A stretch of DNA of 64,000 nt from the human T2T-CHM13v2.0 reference genome, Homo sapiens. Under the pieces are notes generated by a model. It was not told where the DNA came from and did no database searches. It worked only from the letters and a program-made list of their open reading frames with translations. Positions within the stretch are counted from its first letter, which is position 1. Each line of letters begins with the position of its first letter. The position numbers were made by a program, and so were the translations under genes. Below, one piece after another: positions 45,606 through 60,742 of the stretch. The stretch lies in NCBI RefSeq assembly GCF_009914755.1, contig NC_060942.1. One strand, 5' to 3'.

Positions 45606-46010
45606 AAGGAACATCTACAGGAACACCTGATGAGGCTGCACCCTTGGCGGAAAGAACACCTGACACGGCTGAAAGCTTGCTGGAAAAAACACCTGACGAG
45701 GCTGCACGCTTGGTGGAGGGAACGTCTGCCAAAATTCAATGTCTGGGGAAAGCAACATCTGGAAAGTTTGAACAGTCAACAGAAGAAACACCTAGGAAAA
45801 TTTTGAGGCCTACAAAAGAAACATCTGAGAAATTTTCATGGCCAGCAAAAGAAAGATCTAGGAAGATCACATGGGAGGAAAAAGAAACATCTGTAAAGAC
45901 TGAATGCGTGGCAGGAGTAACACCTAATAAAACTGAAGTTTTGGAAAAAGGAACATCTAATATGATTGCATGTCCTACAAAAGAAACATCTACAAAAGCA
46001 AGTACAAATG
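45606..46010 (+). CDS. ANKRD30B: ANKRD30B exon 7, 11-aa tandem-repeat exon ([27 protein letters not shown]...ETSTKASTN)
   Basis: Acceptor gtgtttggcag|AA, donor ATG|GTAAGA, 405 nt, phase 1-1. Matches ORF 45593..46027. Confidence 0.94.
45620..46010 (+). repeat. Coding minisatellite, 33-nt unit, 11 full copies plus 1 partial
   Basis: Units start every 33 nt with R-N-A-A-C-A-Y-C-T-like heads: GGAACACCT, AGAACACCT, AAAACACCT, GGAACGTCT, GCAACATCT, GAAACACCT ... GAAACATCT at 45983. Confidence 0.92.
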
Positions 46011-46291
46011 GTAAGATGCTTGAGTGAACTTTGCAGGGTTTATTGGCACTTTGGGTTCCCTAGTGAAAAAAGTGTGATATGGGAGTTGTTGGGAATGTCT
46101 TGAATATCTAAATAAGGCAAGCTTAGGCAACACTTTTTAATAGTGTAGAAATAAATAGATCTTATTCTGTAGGCCCTGGAAAAATTCTCACAATACTTCT
46201 GGTTGTAAATACTAGATGAACTAACTAACAGTGGCTAAAATCATAGGAACCAAAGTTGTTTTGGTAGTACAGGGATATCATAGGATCCCTT

Positions 46292-46608
46292 TTGTATTTT
46301 TTATTTTATTTTATTTATTTAGTTTTTGAGATGGAGTCTCGCACTGTTGCCTGGGCTGGAGTGCAATGGCGCGAGCGATCTCGGCTCACTGCAACCTGCG
46401 TCTCCTGGGTTCATGCAATTCTCCTGCCTCAGCCTCCCAAGTAGCTGGGATTACAGGCACCCACCACCACACCTGGCTGATTTTTTGTATTTTTAGTAGA
46501 GACAGGGTTCCACTATATTGGCCAAACTCCAACTCCTGACCTCGTGATAGCCCCGCCTTGGCCTCCAAAAGTGCTGGGAATTCAGGTGTGAGCTACTGTG
46601 CCCAGTCA
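46292..46608 (-). mobile_element. AluS
   Basis: Antisense dimer flanked by AGGATCCC repeats. Confidence 0.9.
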
Positions 46609-47044
46609 GGATCCCACTTTTGGTTGGCTAATTAGCAACAGCTCCAATCATCATGCTCTCTCAAGACAATATTTAAAGGCTGGAAGGGCTGCTTTGTTCA
46701 CATTTTTCTTTTAAATAGAGAGAAAACTTGGAAGCTTGCAATAATCTTCCTGTAACATTTTGTTGGCTGGATTATACCACATGCTCATTTCTAAGCCAGT
46801 CACTAGGAAAGCAAATGTAATTACTGTGATTAGCTTAGAAGAATGATTTCTATTTTTGAGATGGAATGGGGGTAATGGAATAATGAATATCTAAATAAAC
46901 TTGTGTTTCTGCAGCAAAAAAAGAATAAATAATGACTAGGCATAGGAAGCCAGTAATGTTTTCTGCAGGGATTCATTGGAAAGGTTTGAGCAGGGGAGTC
47001 ACAAGATTGGATCTGAGCATCAGGGCATTCTGGTCGTGGTATAA

Positions 47045-47590
<546 letters not shown>

Positions 47591-48115
47591 AGAAGATAGA
47601 TGGAGGGTAATTACATAAAAAGATTTAAAGACAAAGTAAGCTTTTGTAGTAGTTCATGCTATAGTCTTTTTTTTTGTCACCAATCTGTGGCCTAGTATCA
47701 GTCTATTATGAAAATTTGACCCTTCCAGGGTAAAAGGAATCAAGTTCAGAAGCTCAATTTACAGATTTAAACCTGTATGTCTTTCTTTGCCATTATTTTA
47801 TTTTGATTTGTTTTACTGAATTTTTTTTAACTTAAAAAATAACGATAGTAATTGGTAGGGTTTCTTTTTCACTGTGAAAGCCATCAGTTAAGGGGCCATG
47901 TCTAAGTAGGAAATATAAATATAAAATAATAAGTTTGTATTCCCAGTGTCACTGGAAAGATAAAGCAAGGGCAGAAAAGAGGTACAGTTAATATGGTTTA
48001 GTTATTATTGAGTTTAAAAAGCTAGGGGACAGAGAAAATCTCAGGTCTTAAGTTTACAGACTGTGCATGAGCATTTACAATGCTCATGGGGAAGGAGTAG
48101 AAAATTGTCAGGTCA

Positions 48116-48462
<347 letters not shown>

Positions 48463-49186
48463 TCAGGTCAGCAGAGAAGTGCAAATAGTCATGGGACAGA
48501 CCAACCATTTTCTTTACATATTGAGTTCAATGAAACATTCATGTGGGATATTTTCTGTAGGTAATTGGTTTATACATATTTCTAGCTGGAGATAGAACTC
48601 TGGTTGGAGATGTAGGCTTAGAATAATTTTATTATAATTATTAGGCAAAGCCATAGATCTCAATGAGCTTATCCATGATGCAGAAGATGTAGAATAAGAA
48701 GAAAGCCATTGACAAAACCCTGGGAGTATCAACATTTCACAGAGTCAGAAGACTTGGTAAAGGAGATTGAGCAGTGGCTAATGAAAAGTAGGAGAGGAGT
48801 TACTTTTAAATGTGAGAATTTCAAGCAGTAAGATTACTGAAAAGCCAATTAGATTTAACTTACAAGTTCTTCAGTGGTAATCTGTTCAAAAGAATTATTT
48901 TAGGGTTGTTAAGTATACTGTTGATATGGTTGATATTTCTGGTGTCGAAGAAAAAATCTCCCAAGATCCTACCTAACTTTTTGTAACTGAAGCAGCCAAC
49001 ATACCCAGGGTCTGGAAAATTGTCTAGACTGGTAAGTACACATGCCAATATTTTTCCAGAATTGTCAAAACCTAAGAGTAAAGTGTGAGGAAAAGTGTTG
49101 TCTTTTTTATCTGCTTCTTGTGGAGAGTGGAGATCTGTGTTGTGTCTCTCTCTCACACAAACATAAACAAACACACACAAATAAGT

Positions 49187-49853
49187 ACAGTAATTCACCC
49201 TTATCCATGGGGGGTATTTTCTAAGACACCCGGTGAATGTCTGAAACTGTGAATAGTATGAAACCCTATATATACATGTTTTTTCTATATATGCATATTT
49301 ATGATAGTTTAATTTATAAATTTGGCACAGTAAGAAATTAAGAATAACTCATGATAAAATAAAACAATAATAATACATTGTAATCAAAGTTAGGTGAATA
49401 CGGTCTCTCAAAGTGTCTTGTATTGTACTCACCCTTCTTTTTCTTGTGATGACTGTGAGATGATATAATGCCTATGTGATGAGATGAAGTCAGGTGAATG
49501 AGGTAGGAGTTGTCATGTGGTGTTAGGCTACTAATTATTTCTGGCTATCTGACTACATATCAGAAGGTGGATCATCTGCTTCATGTGATGGTGGATCATT
49601 GAGCCATGATAATGTTGATGGTTGGGACTCAGAAACAGACCATTTTGATGACTAATGGGCAGATAGCATATGCAAAGGAATGATTCATGACCTGGGTGAG
49701 ATGGAAAATGATGTCTTAATATTTCATCATACTCCTTAGAATGACACATTATTTAGAACTTATGACTTGCATATTTCTAGAATTCCCCATTTAATATTTT
49801 TGGACTATGGTTGACCATGAATAACTGAAATCACAGAAATCAAAACCATGGAT
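49187..49853. mobile_element. MER44/Tigger7 DNA transposon
   Basis: TACAGTAATTCACCCTTATCCATGGGGG start and GGTTGACCATGAATAACTGAAA...AAACCATGGATA end. Paralogous to 13427-13690. Confidence 0.75.
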
Positions 49854-49854
49854 A

Positions 49855-50640
49855 TTATATTGTGAAATCTATATTTGGTCTTCAACACTGTTTTCTGGCG
49901 TACAACTCATAGAATGTTTAGAATCTCCAAAGTGATGTCTTTGTATGCTAATAATTGAGTGATGGCTGGCAGTCCCTAGGTAGCTTCAGGATAGGAGCTG
50001 GTCACAAGAAAGAAGAAGACATGATGTGTTGGGACTTTCAGCCCCACCCCTCAACCTCCTAGGAGGTGAAGATTAGGTCAATTACCAGGAGCCACAGATT
50101 TTTTTTATTCATGCCTATGTAATAAAGCTTTCTTTAGAATTCAGAAGGACTGGGATCAGAGACCTTCCAGATAGCTGAACATATGGAAGTGTTTGGAGGC
50201 TGATGTGCCCTGGGAGGGCATGGAAGCTCCATGCCCCTTTCCTATAACTTGCTCTATGCATCTCTTCATGTGTCTCCTTTGTGATACCCTTCATAATAAA
50301 CTGGTAAATGTGTTTCCCTTAGTATTTGGGGCACTCTAGTACGTTAATCAAACCCAAAGAGGGAGTCATGAGAATCCCAACTTGAAACCAGCTGGTTAGA
50401 TGATTCAGAAACCCACATTTGCAACTGATGTGGGAGGGCAGTCTTGTGAGACTGAGCCCTCAGCCTGTGGGATCTAACACTATTTCTAGATAGATAGTGG
50501 AATTAAATAGAGGACAACTTGCTGGTTTCTGCTACAGAATTGTTTGCTTATTTTTTGGTGGACAAAATCTTCCACACATTTGGTCACAGAAGTCTTCTGT
50601 TTTGATGACTGTGGCATGAGAGCAGAGGGAAATCATGTTG
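49855..50640 (+). mobile_element. MER21-family LTR
   Basis: TAGCTTCAGGATAGGAGCTGGTCAC, GGAGGGCATGGAAGCTCC and GGGCAGTCTTGTGAGACTGAGCCCT motifs. Confidence 0.75.
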
Positions 50641-51286
50641 TGTGTGTTTCTTTCTACACATAGAGCAGATAAAGAGAGACTACTGTGTACTCTGCTCTAA
50701 CTGCTCTTAGTTCATTTTTCTAGAAATTATACTTTCTAAGGTTGACACTGTCCACTTACACTAATTCTGATAATAATACAATTTTCTGTCCGTCTTACAG
50801 GATTCTGTTTGGATTATGACTATTGTATACTGTAGCTCACTTGTAGAGATCAGATTGTGATAAATTCTATTTTTCCGTGCATTTGAGAACTATAAAGGAG
50901 GGGAAAAGTGTTCTTAATGCATTAATTTCCTACCAAGAGTATACTTAATAATAATTTTACTATAGTCTCAAGGTATGGTCCCAAAGGAAACCTTTATATC
51001 AAATCATCTGAGTCTTCATAACAAAGTGTTGGAATATTATGCTTTTTTAAACAAGATCTGGATCATGCACGAAAATATGCATGATTCTTTTAAATTAAGT
51101 TGAAGTCTCGCAATGTCTCCTAGGCTGCTTTCAGACTCCTGGGCTCCTCAGGCGATCCTCCTGCCTCACCTTCCCAAGTAGCTGGGATTACAGGCATTTG
51201 CCATCGTGCCCTCTTACGTTGTTAATACTCTGTATTTTCTATTTATATTTGTTAATTTAATGTATTTTACTTTTTTTCTTTAATAG

Positions 51287-51317
51287 TGGATGTGAGTTCT
51301 GTAGAGCCTATATTCAG
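51287..51317 (+). CDS. ANKRD30B: ANKRD30B exon 8, 31-nt mini-exon (VDVSSVEPIF)
   Basis: Long polypyrimidine acceptor tttttttctttaatag|TG, donor CAG|GTAAGA. Bridges the phases of exons 7 and 9. Confidence 0.88.
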
Positions 51318-54099
51318 GTAAGACTTTGCGGTTTTTTAAAACGAATAGGTTAACTCAGAAAACATAGAGAAAAGAAATCACTATCTGCTGAGTATTCTAC
51401 TCTGGGCTAGACAACATATTATGTGCTTAATATTTATCATCTCACATAGTCATCACACAGCTTTGCAAAGCATCTGTGCTACTGTCACATACTTTGTATT
51501 AAACAGGCAAATGTGGTTCAGAGAGGTTGATTAATTGGCCTATGATTCATAGCTAAAAAGTAGCTGACCCTTGAGTTTGCCATCTGCCTACTTTGGTCCC
51601 TAATCCCTTCTCTTCTCCCTCAGCATAGATTGATGGAGACCTCTGCATCACTGAGATCAAGGTACAGGTCCAGATTGGATCAATTCACAAAGTTACATTT
51701 TGTTACAGGTTAACTCTTTTTAGAGTTTTCTCTTAGAACACTCATTCATCAAATACTTTGTTCTAACATGTTTAACTGTTAAAGCGGTAACCAGTACCTT
51801 GTTATTATCATCAAAGTGTTTAGAGCAGATCTTACTTAGCTGTGGCCACAAGACATAGGCTTTTGTTTCATAAGAAGACCAGGTAAATCTATAGATGGAT
51901 TATTTTACTCTTAGTGGAGAATAGATATAGATATGTTATGTTAATCATATTTAGAGGCTATATCTTATAGAATTCTCTATTGACTGACTTCCAAGTTTAG
52001 TTTTTCTTCAAAGCAGTACCCTGCCTAGTTGCAGGCATTTTTCATTTTTTTTCTAGAGTCTTTTTTTCTTCTTCCATGACTTTTCTATAATCTTTTCCTG
52101 ATTACTTTCTTCTCTGCTTTGCTTGGTGTTCTTTTCTTCTATTGTTTTATTCCTTTCTGCCAGCACCATTTTTCTATAGCTAAAATAAAAGGCACGTGGA
52201 ATTTTAGGATTTTAAGGACTCTTGGAGGCTAATCAAAATACTTTCATATTTCAACATGTATTTAATATCCTGGAAAAATGGTTGTTCAGATGGAGAGTCT
52301 GAAACTCAAAGTGACTTATTTAAATATAGGAGGTAGGAGAAGTAATATTTAAACTGATTTCAAAGCCCATTACTCTTGTTTTTATATCATCATGTAGGTG
52401 AGTGTTTGAATAATAGGAAGAGGGAATGGGTCTAATTAAACAAATGGAAAAGGATAAGAATGGAATTAGCTGGAGAACCCAGTGGAAGTAGATAAGAATG
52501 GAATTATCAGGGAAAGGCCAAGTTTGAAAAGAAACAATCCCAGGATTGGTAGGAGTAAGGGTTTTACCAAAGAGATCAGAATGTTGGATTTTATGACAAG
52601 TTTGATTAAAGATAAATTAGAGGATCAAAAACACAGAAGACATTGGGAGTTATCTAGAAGAGCATACTAAAATAGGGTTCAAAGACGTCCTGAATAGGTC
52701 ACTGCTTTTTTGCTTGTTTAATTGGAGGAATGGGCAAACTTCAAGCTTTCTATTGAAAGATAAAAAAAAAAAGAGCCACTGGGAAAGGTCTCTACAATCC
52801 GATAGAAATGTCCTATTCTGTTCTTTCACCCCAAATCTCACAAGAGTGGCTTAGAGCCCCTTGAATGCTAGGGGATTAAAGGTTGCTGAGTCACATAGAT
52901 CTGTGGCCCAAGGCAGATGTCCCCTCCCCTTTGTCTCTTTTCCCAAGCCTCAGATGTCCTACCCATGTACATATAAAGCAGGGGTAAGATTGACTGGCAA
53001 GTAAGTCGTGGTTCAGTTGGGTTTTTGGTAACATGCTTATGCTGGAGGTGAATGACTGACTGAGACTCCATTTCGTTGTTTTTCAGGAACAGGTGAATAC
53101 AGAACTTCTTGGTTGGTCATTGAGTTTATCTTTTCAGTAGTCTGTGCTTTGATGAGCTGAATATTTAAAGGTTGGAGACTGCCATGAAGCCCTGCAGAAG
53201 AAAGATCTGGAAGTGAGAGAGACACTTTCACTATATATAGTGGCTCCCACTTCCAGATCTTTCTCTCTGTATATATAGTACTTAGAGAAATCCAACTATC
53301 AGGTCTCAGTTTTTCTAGCAGTCTCTCTCCTTGGGTATAAGTACCTATGAAGATTTTTAAGGCTTTGCTAGTTTATGTAGACCTGAACAAGGAAGGACAA
53401 GTATAAAATAAGTAGTTAGATTTTATTATTTTTAATGTTTCAATTTTTGTGAGAAAATATTCCGAATAACAAATATACATTTGCAACTTGAAATTTGTAG
53501 GTTCAGCTTTTCAACATTTCAAATATTTCAGGGCACTGTTTTGTAGTGTTTCAGGGTGAAGGGAAGCAACAGGGCCTTCTTAAGTGGCTTTTATGTTGAA
53601 AAACAAAGAATGTCATTTTCCAGTGACATAGATTAGTCTTTGAATCAGAGACAGACAATGGATAAGGGACAAGGTAACTGTATCTTTCTTCCTTATTTTA
53701 GGTTATCAAGTTTGTTCCAGTTTATATATCAAAAGTTATGTCAGCCATTAAGTAGATTTCCAGTTCATCATTGAGGACAGTTTGTGAGGATGAATTATAC
53801 TCAGGGTATGCCAATTATATTGGCAGTCACTATTTCTTATGGAACTAAGAGTCAGTCTTTATTGTATGTTTTAGGTTGGGGAGGTAGAGTCAAAAATAGG
53901 TAACTAAAATCATTTTTAAAAACAGAGGACATATTTTAATTCTACCAAGAAACATGATATAATATACAGAGGACTGGTCTTTCCCCAGATTTTGTTTTTT
54001 GTTTTCATTTTATAGAGTGAGCACCAAGATATGAACTAGCAGATTTTCTTTTTAAATATATGAATTTGCTCATTTATGTTGTATCATTTTTCTTTAAAG

Positions 54100-54172
54100 T
54101 CTTTTTGGCACACGGACTATTGAAAATTCACAGTGTACAAAAGTTGAGGAAGACTTTAATCTTGCTACCAAG
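54100..54172 (+). CDS. ANKRD30B: ANKRD30B exon 9 (SLFGTRTIENSQCTKVEEDFNLATK)
   Basis: Acceptor tttttctttaaag|T, donor AAG|GTAAAA, 73 nt. Confidence 0.9.
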
Positions 54173-55572
54173 GTAAAATGTTCTTTTGTGAAGTTGATTT
54201 TCTCAGTTGCAATATATTTCTGTATAGTATTTCTTAGCAGTGGTGTATGTATCATTATTTCATGTTGGTAATATAAAGTTGGTCAGATAAAAACATTTTA
54301 TAGAAATAGGAGTAGTTGATTTAAACAGTTTTTTTTTTTTACTTTAGTAAATAACAAATGATTGGTAAATACTTTGAGGGTGTGAGGGCCGAAAAATGGA
54401 ATGGGCTGGAGAATACATAGTGACAGGAACATTATACTAGAAAAAACTTTTCCACAATAGAGAATATATAAAATCTGGTAAAGATTTATTTGGATAAGTA
54501 AACTTACTGTGACTTTTAAAATTATTCTTTTGTAACTTAAAACAAAATTCATGCTTAAATTTGTCTTGATGGACCCAGTTTCTTATTATAGTAATCAAGG
54601 AATCTCTCTGATACTGTTCAGTTCCGAAACTGTGCCACATAGCATATAGGGTTTTTTTTTTTTTTTTTGCATGTATTATTTTGATATCACGTAGTTTTCA
54701 GGAGAGAGCTTTTTCTCAGTTTCTCTTCTTGGTTCTTTAATTATACCAAAATAATATTAGAAATTGTGAAAATTTATTTGGGCATGGTGGTGCATGCCTG
54801 TAGTTCCAGCTACCAGGGAGGCTGATGCAGGAGGATTGCTTGAGCCCAAGAGTTTGAGACCAGTGTGGGCACATAGCGAGACCTTATCACTAATTTTAAA
54901 AATAATTGTAGAAATTTAGAAATGTAAATTCTGTTTCTCAGAATCTGTATTATTAAGGCATGCCAGTGTGTTTTCTAAGTTTTTCATTAAAAGTATGCTT
55001 TAAATTCTTCATCTAAATGAAGAATGCAGATTTTACCCCAAGTAAACAACCAGTTCTGGAAGCAGAGACTCTGAATAAGCATATAGTAAGATTTTAATTT
55101 CAGAATTTTTAAATTGCAGTTTTTAAATATATTGTTCAAAGATCTTTGATCACATTTGAAAATCTTAAATTGTGGAAGATTTTGTATTTAGTTATTTAAA
55201 TAATCATTTTGGAGCTCTTGCATCACTATGAGATACTGCAGGTTAGAAAACATACGTGTGTGCATCCTAGTGTACCCAGAATACAGTCTTGCCTATAAAA
55301 AGGATTTTAAGAGGTTTTCAATGTGAATAAATAAGCTGACAAATGAATTTTTATATAATGGAATATTACAAGTGAGATAATATGCATGATATATCTTATA
55401 ATTAAATCTAATGCATTTCAAAAATATGGCTTAAATTTATATTTTCTTTTAATATTTAGAATGCATAAATTCATGTGAAAATATGTCTCAAATAAGAAGA
55501 CAATCAGAGATATGTAGTAAATAGGAAAGAAGATTACACTATATTTTCTAGTATCCTCCAAGTGGAGTTTAG

Positions 55573-55890
<318 letters not shown>

Positions 55891-56785
55891 TCCAAAACTC
55901 AAGTTCTATTAAACATATCTTGTCAAGGAATACATTACTCTAAAATTCTGATTACCAGTACTTTCTTCAGGTGAAAAGTTTATGGAACATTCCATTTTAA
56001 ATTTTTTCTCTCTCTGTAGTAAGAATGTTCCCGCTTTTAGGTATTGGCTGAAGACCATGTTTAACTAATTGAATGTCTTATTATATAATAATAAAATTAA
56101 AATCTTTATTACCCAGGTATTAACAAATAACTAATTGTAGTGTAAATACTGATCAGCATTATAGGAATATATTATGAACAAAAGTCTGTACTTTATGTGT
56201 TTCATCATATATCTTATAGTTGTTGTTTTTCATTTTATTTAATGACTGAAGCTCATACTTGATTGACTGGTCACGTCTCTTGTTTGTTTCTCCCTCCTCT
56301 TTCACCTTTTTAAAAATGATTTGCCCCAGACTTTTTTTCTCACAGAATACATTTCTTCAGTGTCTGCTTTTTAGAGCATTGCTGTCTCAATTGTCAGCAT
56401 ATTTATTTACAGGTTTCTATTTAGTGGCTATGTATGATTTTCATTAATCAATCATTGCCCTCTCCATGATTTATTCTTTTTTTCTCTGTTTCTTGGAAGA
56501 AGCAGAATTTATACAATTATTTATACTTAGCTTTTTGCCGTTCAGAATAGAAACAACCTATACTATTTCAATGCAAACCCAGTTAAATAAGGTACTATTA
56601 AAAACTAAACTTTCATATTTTTCCACACAAGAGGTAATTAATACAACTGTAAATTAGGAAGAGATATTGCAAAATATAACATGTAATTTAACTTTTTAAA
56701 TTTTAATTATTTCTACAATACTATAAACTACGTAAGAGTAAATTTTTGTTCTAGGTTATTTTAGCTAAAAAAAAAAAAAATCTAA

Positions 56786-57181
<396 letters not shown>

Positions 57182-59241
57182 TTAATTTTGAAGCCAGTGT
57201 AGAATAGTGCAAAAGAAAATAAGGCTTAGAAGGCACTAGGAATCTATTTAGTTCTGAAGTTGTTTGTCTAAAAACTAAATAATTTCTCTGCATTGATTTA
57301 TGGGCAATTATATGATTCTGTGTATATCTAGATGTACAAAAGCTCTAATTGGATTCAGGGAGAAAGAGTTTAAACTGTAGTCTTAGTCTTGCTCAACTTG
57401 GAACTTGAAAAGATAATGCCTGGGACTTCAAAATATCAGTATTGGTATATTTTGATTATCCAGTATAGATCTGAAGGAACATTTCTGGAGTTGGATAAAC
57501 ATGAGAAATAGGACACCTGTAAAACTATAATAACAACAATTTGGTCGAGTAGTATTTTAATAAGTAGACATTCTTTTCACAAATAGAACTCTTTGAGTTT
57601 CTTTGTGGCAGCCATGTTTGCAGCCACATAGGTATCAAATAATAATGATGTATTCCAAGGTCACAACTGTGGATGTGGAAGAGATAGCAAAGGCCTCACC
57701 AGTTAGGTAGAAGCAGCAGCTGCATAGTGGTAACAGCAATGAGTGGATGTCAAAAGATAAGTCTGTATTTGGTTCTGACACTTACTAGCTATGGGAACTT
57801 GGAAAAAATCAATTAACTTAACCAAATGCAACTAACTTGGTTTATAAAAATAGCGCTCATATCTACCTCTTAGTTGCATGTGATGAAATAATGTTTTAAC
57901 AAATGTGAAAACATTTTTTAAACTGGAAAGTCTGTATACAAATGTAAGACAAAATGATCAAAGTGGCATTTATGTGAAAGCAGTATTGTTAGCACAAGAA
58001 TGGGAAGTAAGAACAGGCATGTGGATTTCTAATTTTGGGTAAGGGGATGGTAACTTTCAGCAGGCTACTACTGCAGATTTTCCATAGAAATATAGCAGTT
58101 TGGAAAGTGAGACTTTCCTGATGAGATTTTCAATATTTTGACCTGGAGTAATTCCTTTCTGAGTACCAACTGTGTGCTAGGCAGTGAGTCTGAATATCCA
58201 AGATGAGGGATTATGCTGTAGTAGTAGGAAGAGAATAACAAATAAAAAACACTTATAAGCCACTATAACTTTTTCTTTAAAACAAAACAGAGAATGTTCA
58301 GTTAGAGAAAATTGGAGAACTTTATAATTAGCATGCGTATGGGAGTGGCAGTGGAATTCTATGGTCAGAGTAGATCTTTCTGAAACTGCCATTTAATCTC
58401 CCATCTCAAAGATGAGGAGTAAGCCATATGAAAGTCTAGGAGGAAGACATTCTGAACAGAGAACAGTGGACCATATTTGTTCATCATTTTGTTCTTAACA
58501 ACTTAGAATGACTAGCATGCAGAAAGTGGGGTAACCACCCATGTCATCGTCATCCTCATTTTTCTAAGGTGAAGAAAAGTCTGCAAATATGTGTCTGGCA
58601 TATGTTAGATGTTTCACGAACACGTTTTTATTTTTCTCTTTTTATGAAGGCTTGCTCTACTTTTCTGAAGTTGTGTATTAAGAATGAATTGCGTACTTTA
58701 TCTAATGATTGTTTGCTTTCATTTAAAAATAACATAAATATAAGTTTTCCTTATGAATCTTTCCTTTTATTCAAGCAGTTCTGTATCAGCAAAAACTTGT
58801 AAAAATCATTCTTATTATTTTAAGCCCTTGTTTTCCTAACTGAATCAGCTTCTACAGAGTTCTACTCCTACTCCGCATGACATACTCTGAAAATTCTCTT
58901 CATGCCATGCATAGTTTTTAACAAAAATTCTATAATTATGCATATGTCAAGTGTTTAATCATATTGTGTTCTGGTTGAAATGCCCTATTATTTTTGGTGA
59001 GGACTACAGAGTAAGGCAGATACTTTGAAGTTAATTCCTTTTGAAATATGTACACGAGTGAATTTTTTATGAATATGATTTATTTTCCATGCTCAGTAAC
59101 CCAGTCAATAGCCACATGAAGATAAAAGGTAAGTGTGATCTACAAAGCATACGTGAGGTTTTCTCTTGAAATGTTTTGGTTTTCAATATGTGAACAGCTT
59201 TAAATCTAATTGCCTTTAAAGTTAAAAAAAAGTTTTAATAA

Positions 59242-59535
<294 letters not shown>

Positions 59536-59610
59536 CCATAAAAAAGATTTTAAATAAAAAATATTGATGCTTGTCATTTTTATTATTTTTAAATTGAAAT
59601 TATTTATTGA

Positions 59611-59895
59611 TGTGGCTCAAGCCATAATCCCAGTGCTTTGGGAGGCTGAGGCGGGCGGATCACTTGAGGTCAGGAGTTCGAGACCAGCCTGGCCAACATG
59701 GTGAAACGCCATCTCTCCTAAAAATACAAAAAATTAGCCAGGTGTGGTGGCTCCTGCCTGTAGTCCCAGCTACTCAGGAGGCAGAAGGAGGAGAATCGCT
59801 TGAACCTGGGAGACAGAGGTGGCAGTAGGCCGAGATCACACCACTGAGCCACCCTGTGAGACTTCATCTCAAAAAAACAAAAAAAGGAAAAAGAC
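59611..59895 (+). mobile_element. AluS inserted just upstream of the exon 10 acceptor
   Basis: 13-bp TSD AAATTATTTATTG at 59597-59609 and 59896-59908. Confidence 0.92.
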
Positions 59896-59924
59896 AAATT
59901 ATTTATTGGTATTACCTTTAACAG

Positions 59925-60015
59925 ATTATCTCTAAGAGTGCTGCACAGAATTATACGTGTTTACCTGATGCTACATATCAAAAAGATATCAAAACAATAA
60001 ATCACAAAATAGAAG
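59925..60015 (+). CDS. ANKRD30B: ANKRD30B exon 10 ([30 protein letters not shown])
   Basis: Acceptor cctttaacag|ATT, donor AAG|GTAAGA, 91 nt. Confidence 0.92.
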
Positions 60016-60589
60016 GTAAGAACCATTTTTTATTTAAAACATCTTTTGACCAAATGTTTGTCTAAATTCATGAGGACTGATATACTCTGACAGCCAGAGA
60101 AAATTATTTTTTAAATGCATAACACGGAAGAACAAAGGCAGTGAAAGTTATGTGTCTTCTCAGGTGTTGACAACAGATTATATTGAGAGTGCCAAAAAAG
60201 AGCTGAATTATTAGTTTAAATTCAATATACTGTAAGACCTGAGGAAAGGAGTGAAAGAGGGAATGAAGGCTGAGGAAGACAGAGAGTACAGAGAGTACAT
60301 GAGGCAACAAGAAATGGGTTTAGGTAATAGAGGATGGTAAAATAAAATAATTCTTTAGCGAAAGATAAGGCATGATTAGAAAGTTTTGAAGAATATAAGG
60401 TGACCTTTCTTTACCAAAATTTGCCAGAGAATTACAGCAAACATGTTTTCACTCTTGTCTTTCTCACCGGTGGGAAGGCATTAGGGATGGAAGCACCTGA
60501 CCATGGAGAGTTGTGTTTTATCTGCAAAGGGTTAATATAAGCATATTTGCACAGCTGTGCGTGTATATAATTTGTCATATACACTCGGT

Positions 60590-60742
60590 ATTGACCAGAA
60601 GTTTTCAAACTTTAGAAAATCAGCTGAATACCTTGTCAACAATGCATGCTGTGATTCAGCAGACTTGGGATTCTGGAATTTTTAATAAGTTCTCAAGTGA
60701 TGCTGATGCTGGTGGTCCTTGGACCTCACTCTTAAGTAGCAA
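60590..60742. mobile_element. MER5A (hAT-Charlie)
   Basis: GTGATGCTGATGCTGGTGGTCCTTGGACC...AGTAGCAAG motif. Confidence 0.7.

Noticed and set aside
45257-45806. Antisense 160-aa and alternative-frame 89-aa ORFs over exon 7
   Set aside because: Shadows of the 33-nt coding repeat, partly running into an Alu.
45620-46010. 33-nt periodic array as a CRISPR-like locus
   Set aside because: Units are contiguous and diverged with no unique spacers, lie in a spliced eukaryotic exon, and no cas genes are present.
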